From: Octopus sinensis
Taxonomy: Eukaryota
Assembly: GCF_006345805.1 (NCBI RefSeq)
Contig: NC_043014.1
Location: 25,048,001-25,112,000 of the forward strand
DNA: 64,000 bases
Reading direction: 5' to 3'
This document shows, piece after piece, positions 53,701 through 64,000 of the stretch; the stretch's first letter is position 1; each line of letters opens with the position of its first letter. The position numbers were made by a program, and so were the translations under genes. The notes under the pieces are model-generated. The model did no database searches. It had not been told where the DNA came from and saw only the letters and a program-made list of their open reading frames with translations.

Positions 53701-54300
53701 TATTGCCAAAATGCTAGTGTTTCACTGGGTTTCATGTTTTTGCACACCTGCGATGATCACCATCAGTTCAATTCCCACCTCTTCACCGAGCTGACTTGTC
53801 TCCTTGGATGTAAGCACACCCACACAACAGCATACCACCCCACAGCAAATGGCATGGTCGAACGCTTTCGCCATCAGCTTAAGGCAGCTGTAAGAGTATA
53901 TCCAGATTGATCTAACTGGCTGGAATATCTTCCACTTGTCCTCCTTGGTATTTGATCCATGGTTAAGGAGAGAGTCAGACATACTCCACCTGAACTTGTT
54001 AATGGCACAGCACTGACTTTACCCGGTCAAATGCTAACAGGATCTTCCTGATCCTTCAAAATATGCGTTGTTTGTGGATATCTATATCCCATCTTTCACC
54101 TGACAACAGAATGTCACTACACATATCTCAGAGGACATCAATACATGGAAATATGTTTTTGTTTGGAATGATGGTATCCCTTAGCAACTACCAAGTAATC
54201 AATAGGAAACCAAAATATTTCATTCTGGATATAAACAGAAAGCAAAATACTGTCAGCAACATATCTCTGCACCTAATCCATCCATACCAAGGTTCTTTCC
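50800..54300 (+). mobile_element. decayed CsRn1-like Gypsy element (gag-PR-RT-IN; RNase H largely deleted)
   Basis: tRNA-Trp-type PBS; CHCC gag motif CRYHCTFGTQVQMCMPLC; FLVDTSAEV; MPFGLCNAAQTFQ; HPG...CVACQK...HIDIVGPLP; NGMVERF. Confidence 0.88.
50960..50972 (+). promoter_or_regulatory. primer-binding site complementary to tRNA-Trp 3' end
   Basis: tggtgactccgac immediately after LTR-like end ...gctaca. Confidence 0.75.
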
Positions 54301-54329
54301 ATTATTCATTATCATTATAACCACTTTTA

Positions 54330-55365
54330 TTTCTACAGCATGTACAGCATTGGGCCTTCAAGGAAACTGATGTATCAACCTACCCCATCTAAGCTTTATA
54401 TGGAACCTTTTGTAACTAAATATGGACAAAGGCTAGAAGATATCACCAACTTCATGTATTTAGGAAGTACTCTAAGTTTTGATAATGAAATTTCATATAG
54501 AATCAGCAAGGCTAGTGATGCTTTCGGTAAGCTTGACAAACAGCTCTGGTCATATCTATCTGAATTAAAGTTAAGGTTTATAACACATGTTCTACCATCA
54601 TTGCTCTATGAAAGTGAGACAGGTTATTTATCGTAAACATTTGAAGCATTTAGAATTCTTAGGATAAACTGGAGAATGGTGATCAGTGATGTAGAGGAAC
54701 TTGAGAAAAGTTGTAGTAGGTATGTAGAATTGATCATTCTACAAAGTTGTTTGAGGTGGAGTAGACATCTGGTGAGAATAAGGGATAAAAGAATTCCTAA
54801 GCAAATTTTGTATTGTGAGCTGAAAGATTGTGAAAGGCCAGCACATAAACCTAAAATGAGGCTCAAAGTCTGCCTTAAAGCTACTTTGGCACAAAGGGAA
54901 TTTCAAATGTTGATTGGGAGAGAGAAGCACAAGACTGAAGTAGATGAAGGAAAAGAGTGCACAGTGATTGCTTGAAGCTTGAAAGAGAGAGAATGAAGCA
55001 TGAAAAGATCAGGAGAAACCTTAGAAAGAATGAACCAGTAGAAAATGAAGGAGTGTTGATTTTCATTTATGTGATTTGTAAGAAGCAATGCTTAAGTTGT
55101 GTAGGCTTGGTCAACAATCAAAGAAGCCACAAGAATTGACCCTTGTAAATTATGATACAGCAATTGTTGACAACAGAACATGTGTAAGCTGTGGAAAGGT
55201 GTGTCGTTCAGTTGGAGGATTAAAAAGACATGTCAAAAGACTTCATACTGTGGCACCTGTTCCTTCTGCCAGCCAGCACAACTGTGCATTATGCAATAAA
55301 ATGTGCAAATCTTTTGATGGGGCTCAAGAGTCAAATAATGGCCTCACATTGCATTATCACTGACT
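54330..55365 (+). mobile_element. decayed RTE-type LINE 3' part with C-terminal C2H2 fingers
   Basis: FMYLGSTLS...[16 protein letters not shown]...LLYESET; LRWSRHLVRIRDKRIPKQILYCEL; CVSCGKVCRSVGGLKRHVKRLH. Confidence 0.82.
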
Positions 55366-56134
55366 CATTTCAATGATTCATTTTAGCCATGTATGTATGT
55401 AATTGTATGACCAAGTATCTAAGTGTAGGAAGTTTGTAAGCTTTGAGGAGTTTGTGGTAGATGTAAAAAAACAGCACTCAAGAACAATGATAATTTATTG
55501 GCATTGAAGGTTGTAAGCTGTTCCCATACGGAAGTCTAAGCTGAAAAAAATTTTCTATAGCTCACGGTTAGCAAGTTGAGTTGCTATGAGTGCAAATGCA
55601 AATCCAAATTGAGGGAATGGAGTGAGAGAAATTAAGGCTACATATGCTTCCTACCAAGCAGATCATTTGATATAATAATTACTCAACAAGGGGGACTCAG
55701 CTAGCTACTCATCAGACTAAAGATACCTTAATTATATGAAGTTTACACTATCATTAGGGAATCCCAAGTTAACTCACCAAAGATATAATTTGAAATGAGG
55801 GGCAAAGTCAGAAGAACAGAGTTGAAAAATCAAATGAAATATAGATAAAAGAAATTAAAAAAAAGCAAATGCTTGAAGAAATAATATGATCAGTAAGTAA
55901 GAAAAGTGGGAGAAGAGGTTAAATATTTGGGAGTGAAGAATTGTCTAAAGTTAATCAGAATAAAGAAAATGAGAAGTGGGAGAGAGATGGATTTAGAATA
56001 GATAGATCCTGACTTTAGGAGAAGGGTCTTCGTAAAAATTAAGTTGGGCCACTTTTGGTGCACTCATTCCTAAACAAGCAAAAATGCTAGTTCTAAAATC
56101 TCTCGAAGAGATCAACGAAGTAGTTTTACTGACA

Positions 56135-56224
56135 AGTAATATTTGTAGCCACTTTAACATGGCTGTTCATTTGAAAGAGTCTGTTCGAATGGACAGTCAT
56201 GTTAAAGTGGTTACGAATATTACT
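56135..56224. repeat. imperfect ~40-bp-arm hairpin
   Basis: agtaatatttgtagccactttaacatggctgttcatt...aatggacagtcatgttaaagtggttacgaatattact. Confidence 0.8.
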
Positions 56225-56479
56225 CATTCCTAAACATTTATACAGAAAAAATTTTATAAAGATGAAATGGTTAAGAATAAGAAAAAAAAGAGGAGAGGTC
56301 AAAAATTTAAAAGTGGGAGTTGGATGGAGTTGTTATGAAAGAAGAGGAGGGAAAGAAAAAGCAGAAGATAAGAGTTGAAGGTTGTATTCTTAAGGGGAAC
56401 ACAATAGTTTTAGTTAAAGTTGGTTGCTTATTACCTCATAGTAAATATACATACATATTCACATACCTGCCCATGCACA

Positions 56480-57130
56480 CGTATACTCTTTACCATAAAT
56501 CCAGGGAAAGCTTAAATTATGTTAACTTTTCTTCAAATCATACCCCTTCTGTCCCAAAATCCATCATGGACAGTGTGTGTCCTCTAGGATATCATTCCTA
56601 TCTGCTAATAAGGAAATATGTGAGCAATATGCAGAATTTTACAACAGCATCCTACACCGCACGGTATATAAAAATTCAATCAGATATCTCCCTTTGTGGA
56701 GTGCCCCCCACCCGGACCTGACATTGCAGATACCTCTGTCTCCTTAGATAAAACCTGGGGTATCCTCCGTATTTTCCCCTTCCCCCACCCCCCAAATTTA
56801 ACCTTAGTAACAAACTCAATGCGCACTCCTGGAAGTTGGGATCCCAAATTTACTGTTGCCTATCAACATTCATGTAAACGTGCGCTTCCTCACCCCAAGC
56901 CATATGTGGGTAACCCCCTAGAAATAAATAAATGGAGTAGGATACACAACATTATCTGGTTTCCCCCCTCACTACACTCTTAATGCTCAGACCAACTATC
57001 TAACCTTTTCTTTGCTCTACTTGAAAAACATCTCCCTAGTTCCAATACCCATAGGAATATCTTCAACCCCTAATCTATTAAATTTTTCTACTCCACCACT
57101 ACTAACATTGCTGATATAATCTGGTGAGTT
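56480..57130 (+). mobile_element. highly decayed Penelope-like thumb/linker fragment
   Basis: YHKSRESLNYVNFSSNHTPSV resembles YHKPNESLNI...SNHP at ~24990-25040. Confidence 0.6.
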
Positions 57131-58152
57131 AATGATAAGCTACAGAACCAACAATTAGTTAACTTTTATCATACAAATTATTGTGGCAGACGCTGGTCCA
57201 CTACTAATAAATAGTGAACTGACACAGTCAGTAATGTCAGTCAGCAAGGTACACTGTTTGGGCCAGTTCTGTAGAGACAATGAAATACATTGTCATAATG
57301 TGGGACATAACAGTGGCGATGGGGATTTGTAGCTCACACCACCACTGATATGTAGATGCGGGACATAACAGTGGCAATGAGGATACCATCCACTGTATAA
57401 AGGTGTTGTTATAACAGTGGTAATGAGTTTACGAACACTTGTAGGAGTGTCAAAATGGAAGACTTACATTCAAGAACAATGAAAGAACATTTGAAGGATT
57501 TGAACTCTAACACAGAATTGAACTTCACACAGTGAAAAGTAATATACACACAGGGAAAAATATATATATAAAAGATTCTGAAGAAGAAAAAAACGCTAAC
57601 ACAGAATTGAACTACACATGGTGAAAAGTAATATACAAACAGTGAAAAACATATATATAAAAAAAAATATCCTGAAGAAAACACTGTCTGATAAAACTGG
57701 AACTCTACACAGAACTGAAACGACACATGGTGAAAAATAATTCATTTTGAGAAAAAAAAGTCCATTCAAAGTATTTATTAGTCAGGTTGCTATATATAGT
57801 AGCACTACCAATAATAATGTTGACTTGGTTACTACCTGCAGCATTTTGAGAACCAAAAAATCTATGGTTCTGTGTGGGGGATAAAAATAATAAGTCCGTT
57901 TGAAGGATTTATAAGTCAGGTTGCTATATGCAGTAGCGCTACCAGTAATAATGTAGACTTGGTACTACCTGCAGCATTTTGAAAAAAAAACTATGGCTCA
58001 GTATGGAACAAAAAATGATGATAATAATAATAAGTCCATTCAAAGGATTTATAAGTAATTTTGAAAAATAATGGTTCTGTGTGGAACAAAAAATAATTCT
58101 GGTTAGAAGAAAAAAAAAATGAAAAAGAATTAACAATACATTAAATTGAGTC

Positions 58153-58512
58153 ATGTCAGAAGATTTAAAAATGGAAAATGAACCAGTTGCTAAGAACGTT
58201 AAAATGGACAAAGCAAATGCAAGCCATTTTGTGATTGAGGATACTAAACAAGTCCTCCTTGAAAAGACTCCAGATGAAATGTCAATTGACGTGACTAGTG
58301 AAGAACACGTAGAAAATTCTGAAATTAGAGAATCTGAGCCATCTGTTACAGGAAAAGGTCCTTCTACTGAAAATGCTTCATTGAGGAATCGTTTTAATGC
58401 AAACACTTTAAAAGATAATGAAAGTTTGCAGGTAACCGTTCCAGTTTCTGTAACAAAAGGAAAAGTCATAGAAATGAAAAATATATATATAATAATGCTG
58501 TGTAATCTTTGA
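58153..58512 (+). other. unassigned 119-aa acidic ORF in a locally duplicated region
   Basis: non-microsatellite ORF with an overlapping antisense ORF; no recognisable domain. Confidence 0.25.
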
Positions 58513-58959
58513 AGAAACAAAAATATATATATAATTCTGTGTGGAACAAGAAAAAAATCTAAATAAGAAAAATAATTTTGGTTAGAAAAAAAAGTTTAAA
58601 AAAAGGTGTCGAAAAAAATCTCAAAGAGGGAAGGTGTTGTGGCAGATGCCCCCAGGTGAGAAATGGGCTGGTCCACTACTAATAAATAGTGGACTGACAC
58701 AGTCAGTAATGTTAGTCAGCAAGGCACACTTTTTGGGCCAGTCCCACAGAGATGATGAAATATTTCATAATAATGTGGGACATAACACAAATACAGCACA
58801 CTATAACCCCCAGCCCCCCAACTATAGCCATAAGACATCATTAAACTCCTTAACAACGTTGACCCTCACCTCACTAGCACCAATCCTAATACTCCACCCA
58901 ATCCTCTTAACCATCCTAATGATCCAGGAATAATAGGAATAATATTATAGGTACTATAA

Positions 58960-59330
58960 GCTACACTCCTGGGATAGCTCTCTCATAACCACAACCAATA
59001 CCAATCCTAATGCTGAAGCTAATACTAAATATAAGAGCCAATTAACCACAGGTAATCATAGGCCCACAAACTCTACTTTAGCACCCTATTGAAGTCTATG
59101 CAGCTGTAGCTGCCCCACCTGTCCCTTGGAAAATAATGCCTCATGAAAAATATAGTATATCAGTGTACAGTCTCCATGGAAGATTCCAAAGTACGTATAT
59201 GTAGCAGGCTGAATGTGACATATCACGTTGATATGGTAGCTATAGCCCACTACCAAATATAGTGTGTTGATGTAACACTTAAAGGTTCTTGTATTGGAGT
59301 AACCAGTGAACATCAAAGAATTAACACCAA
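58960..59330 (+). mobile_element. possible highly decayed Penelope GIY-YIG region
   Basis: CSCPTCPL remnant similar to CNCPDKTTCPL at ~25467. Confidence 0.35.
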
Positions 59331-59695
59331 GAAGGAAGAAATATTATTTACATATATTTATTTGTTTGCCCAACAATTCTCATGATAGTGATGGCTCACT
59401 GGTTAATAGTTGATAGTGTTGAAAAAGGTTGTCTGTCAGTAGAGAAAGAAAGAGTAAAGAATGCATGGTGCTGACTAAGAAAGGATAAATGTGGCATCAT
59501 CTTTCTTCATAAATGTCCTGAAAATTCCACACAGCCTTGGCTTTCTTGTCTCATTTTATTTAACAGATACATGTTCATACCAGACTCACATTAGACTCCT
59601 CACTCATATAATTATCAAACCCAGAGTTTAACTACAGTCCTTCCATAGCACTTACATAGCGTTACCTGCCACCTTGGATCTCTCATATACATATA

Positions 59696-59838
<143 letters not shown>

Positions 59839-59855
59839 TATATATATGTATATAC

Positions 59856-60590
59856 TCGGGACCTATTGAAAGACAATATTCATCCTCACTTATCGACGAG
59901 GGAATTAAACGTGCCAAACAATTAGACACAAAAACACTAAAAACAACAAAGCATAACACCAAACCTCAACTCAAAACATTACTATTTATATCAACACACA
60001 ATCCCAGAAACAGTGAGGCATTCAACACTATTGTACAAACTTCTTCCTTTACTAACTAGAGATCCAAAGATGAACGACATCCTGAAAACACACAAACTCA
60101 TCAAATGCAAAAAAACAAGACAAATCGCTAAAGAGACTACTTACAAATGCGAAGCTTCACAAAACAACCACGAAACCAATGGTTGAAAAATATGGACGCC
60201 CAAACTGTGGAACCTGCCCCAACCTGCTTGAAGACTCAGTTTTCCTTTTCAAACAATGACAGAGGCTCACAATTAAAATTAGTTTCACTTGTGCCTCTGA
60301 AAACCTAAGTTATGCAATAACCTGCTCAGGTTGCAGACACCACTATATTGGACAAACGAGTATGACCTTGAGAAAGAGAACCACTCTACATAAAGAGCAA
60401 ATCCGTTTCCCACAATACAGACAAATTCCTCTCAGTAAGCATATAGAAAAATGAGCAGGTAACATCAAACCGAATTTCACAGTCTTCCCCTTCTACCAGT
60501 GCAAATACGTAATCTCTCCACTAGAACGTTTAAATAAAGAAACTTTTTTCATTGAAAAATACAGAACACGTCTTAATATGCACGCATAAC
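59856..60590 (+). mobile_element. Penelope-like (Neptune-type) 3' fragment: linker Zn finger plus GIY-YIG
   Basis: FISTHNP...GRPNCGTCP...FTCASENLSYAITCSGCRHHYIGQTSMTLRKR...H; frameshifted. Confidence 0.85.
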
Positions 60591-61026
60591 CAACTTTTAG
60601 TTTTTTACATATTTCAATTCACGATTACATCACTGTACATAAATCTCATCACTAAACAAGGTTTTCGAAACTTGTCTTTGTACATATATATTCCCCTCCC
60701 ATTACCGAAAGTTGAACAGTTATCTCCCTTACTCACAGCAATAACAATAATAACGATAACCAATTACCTCCCTTTTTTATCTACTTGTGAAGTCATTCAC
60801 TCGTGAATTTCATCACATCACACACAACATGGACAAAATTTCTTCTTAAGAAAAAATGCATATTCAAATAAGTAAAACATAATATGAATAGTGATAGCGA
60901 AACCGGTTGATATATTAAAAATTATATTAAAACTATGTAAGTGTGCGTATTTTCCTTTTTTAATTTCTTATATACATTACAAATCACCACGTGGGGATAA
61001 TCGAAATCCCTCTTTTCTGCTGCTAC

Positions 61027-61104
<78 letters not shown>

Positions 61105-61112
<8 letters not shown>

Positions 61113-61735
61113 TTGGGCAAACCACTAGGTGGATAACCATACTCTAGAATAAGATCACATACGATCTAACTACAAAGAAAAAATGTTCTCTAGAGAAAAT
61201 TCAGCAAATACCAGAACATAAGCGGGCAAGACAGATGAAAATTAAATAAAAATCAAGAATTAATCGTATATCAGTTTCGTGTGTTACTGAATAAATTACT
61301 TACGTAATCCTTCGTCCCCAGAACTCGTCAGTACGATCGTTCCAATTTCAATATAATTTGAAAAACTAAACACTATTTGTCCATATAAAACTAGACATGT
61401 GCTTAGTTCTACCGATTATATTGGGGTTATTTTCAAATGTCTAAGTTCTGGAGTGCTAAATTCCGGAAACAGTTCTGCAGCAGATAATTTACTGCAGTTA
61501 ATGTTGCCAATTAGAGAACACAAGTAATTTATTCAGTAAGTAATTTATTCGGTAACAGACGAAACCGGTATACGATTAATTCTTGATTTATATTTAATTT
61601 TCATCTGTCTTGCCCGCTTATGTTCTGGTGTTCACTGAATTTTCTCTGGAGAATATTTTTTCTTTGTAGTTAGATCGTATGTGATCTTCTTCTAGCGTAT
61701 GGTTATCCACCAAGTGGTTTGCCTAAATATACACA
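61105..61735. repeat. long inverted repeat, arms ~61105-61301 and ~61537-61735 (probable inverted PLE terminal repeat)
   Basis: gcaaaccactaggtggataaccatac...gaataaattactta and its reverse complement. Confidence 0.9.
61263..61337 (-). ncRNA. type I hammerhead-like motif with long stem II insert
   Basis: minus strand atcgta-CTGACGA-gttctg...acac-GAAAC-TG-ATA-tacgat; the right arm keeps the canonical 3' half GAAACCGGTA-tacgat (61561-61576). Confidence 0.62.
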
Positions 61736-61843
61736 TGTACTGAAATTTTTTCTGATTTTTCAGGTTTTTTATATATGCTAGGCTACTGGTTTTAAATTGA
61801 TATTAATTAAATTAATATTCAATTTATCTCCTTCATTATTTAA

Positions 61844-61931
<88 letters not shown>

Positions 61932-62158
61932 TATATATATATATATGTACATATATATAATTAATCCAAAAAACTGAGGAAAAGCACACGAAAAACAACA
62001 AAAAACAAAACAGCGAAAGGACGTGGTATAGGCAAAGTATTAGCAGATGCTCAGACAAGGAAAGAGAAGTAGTTTTACGATTAAAGCAAAGCTTTTTGTC
62101 ACAAACAGGAGACGGAAGAAAGACCAAGAGAAAACGAAGATGGAGGACTATATATATA

Positions 62159-62233
<75 letters not shown>

Positions 62234-62235
62234 CA

Positions 62236-63929
62236 CACCTCTATTTAGCTTTCATGGACTTGGAGAAAGCCTTTGACAGGGTCTCCCGATCCCTTATCTG
62301 GTGGGCAATGCAGAAACTGGAGATTGATGAATGGTTAATAAGGGCAGTACAGGCAGTACAGAGAGGCTGTTAGTAAGGTTAGGATTGGCAATGAGTATAG
62401 TGAAGAATTCTCGGTAGAAGTAATGGTCCACTAAGGTTCAGCCCTCAGTCCCCTTTTATTCATCATAGTCCTCCAGGCAATAACAGAGAAATTCAAGACG
62501 GGTTGCCCCTAGGAGCTCCTCTATGCTGATGATCTGGACCTCAGCAGAATCACTACTGGAACTAGAAAAGAAATTTCGGGTGTGGAATCTAGGTTTAGAA
62601 TCAAAAGGCCTTAGAGTCAATCTAGCAAAGACCAAATTTATAGTAAGTATGAAGGTGAACTCAGGTAGGTGGCCCTGCTTGATCTGTAGAAAAAGGGTAG
62701 GTAAAAACTCCATAAGATGTACCCAGTGTAAGCTATGGACACATAAGAGGTGCAGCAACATCATGTGCGGCAGATGCACAGGGGCAATAGACACCACAGA
62801 TACTCAGAAAACAGGGGTAGAAACTAGAAGTAGTTGATAGTTTCTGCTACCAATGTGACCAAGTTAGTGGGGGGTGTTGGATGCTCAGAGAGTGTTACCA
62901 CTAGAATACGAATAGCCTGAGCAAAATTTAGAAAGCTTCTACCCCTACTGATGACAAAGGGTATCTCGTTCAGAGTGAAAGGTAGATTGTACGGCGCATG
63001 TGTGCGAACTGACATGCTCCACGGTATTGAAACATGGGCTGTGACTGCAGAGAACATACGTAGGCTTGAAAGAAATTAAGCTAGCATGATCCGCTGGATG
63101 TGTAATGTCAGTGTGCACACACGACAGAGTCTGAGCGCCGTGAGAGAAATGCTGGACATAAGAAGCATCGGATTTGACCTGCAAGAGAGACGTTTGCGCT
63201 GGTATGGTCATATACTATGGATGGATAAGGAGAGCTGTGTGAAGAAGTGACACTTCCAAACAGTTGAAGGGATCTGGGGTAGAGGCAGACCCAGGAAGAC
63301 ATGGGATGAGGTGGTCAAGCATGACCATCGAATGTTGGGGCTCACAGAGGCAATGACGAAAGACCGAGATCTCTGGAGATATGCTATGACTGCAAAGACC
63401 AGACAAATAATGTGATTTCATGGCTGCCTCCTGCACCAGTTTTGCATAGCCCCAGCCCATCCAAAGTACCTTGGATTGCAGGATGAACTGCTGTGCTTAC
63501 CTTGGATCGTAGGGTGACCTGCTGTGCTTGAGGAGACCTATGGAGTCAAGTACATCAACATCAAAATAAAAATCAAATGGAAATTGTAGTTGTGATACCT
63601 GTGCCGTTGGCACGTAAAAAGCACGATCTGAACGTGGCAGATGCCAGTGCCGCCTTGACTGGCTTCCGTGCAGGTGGCACGTAAAAAGCACCAACCGATC
63701 ATGACCATTGCCAGCCTCCACTAGCACCTGTGCCGGTGGCACGTAAAAAGCACCCACCACACACACGGAGTGGTTGGCGTTAGGAAGGGCATCCAGCTTC
63801 CACAAAGTGTTTCTACAAACACTGCCAAATCAGACTGGAACCTGGTGCAGCCTCCTGGCTTCCCAGACCCCGGTCGAACCGTCCAACCCTTGCTACCATG
63901 GAAAATGGACGTTAAACGATGATGATGAT
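62236..63929 (+). mobile_element. 5'-truncated RTE LINE with (GAT)n tail
   Basis: [36 protein letters not shown]-like cluster, GRPRKTW, 3' UTR hairpin repeats, tail gatgatgatgat at 63918-63929. Confidence 0.93.
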
Positions 63930-64000
63930 ATATATATATATATGCATTATATATACATATATACATACATATATTTATATATACATATGTGTATACACAC

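Overview
AT-rich eukaryotic DNA with no recognisable intact host gene. It is dominated by (TA)n/(TG)n/(CT)n microsatellites and nested, mostly decayed transposable elements. The SINE, RTE and microsatellite content resembles an octopus-like cephalopod (inference only). Elements seen: several RTE LINEs, a near full-length L1/Tx1-type LINE, CR1-like fragments, at least five Penelope-like element (PLE) remnants, two Gypsy LTR remnants (one CsRn1-like), Tc1/mariner elements (including a full DD37D maT), a hAT transposon, tandem Helitrons and tRNA-derived SINEs. The most notable signal is non-coding: about 17 minimal type I hammerhead ribozyme (HHR) motifs read by eye. Nine lie in a ~545-bp tandem array (18.6-23.7 kb) that flips orientation midway and has one variant-core HHR per unit. 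Three lie in a ~345-bp HHR tandem repeat into which the Tx1 LINE has inserted, with a 15-bp TSD, just upstream of a ribozyme. The rest lie in palindromes, inverted repeats or near PLE ends. Together this looks like a Penelope-driven retrozyme (circular RNA retroelement) system. All alignments and folds were done by eye and boundaries are approximate.
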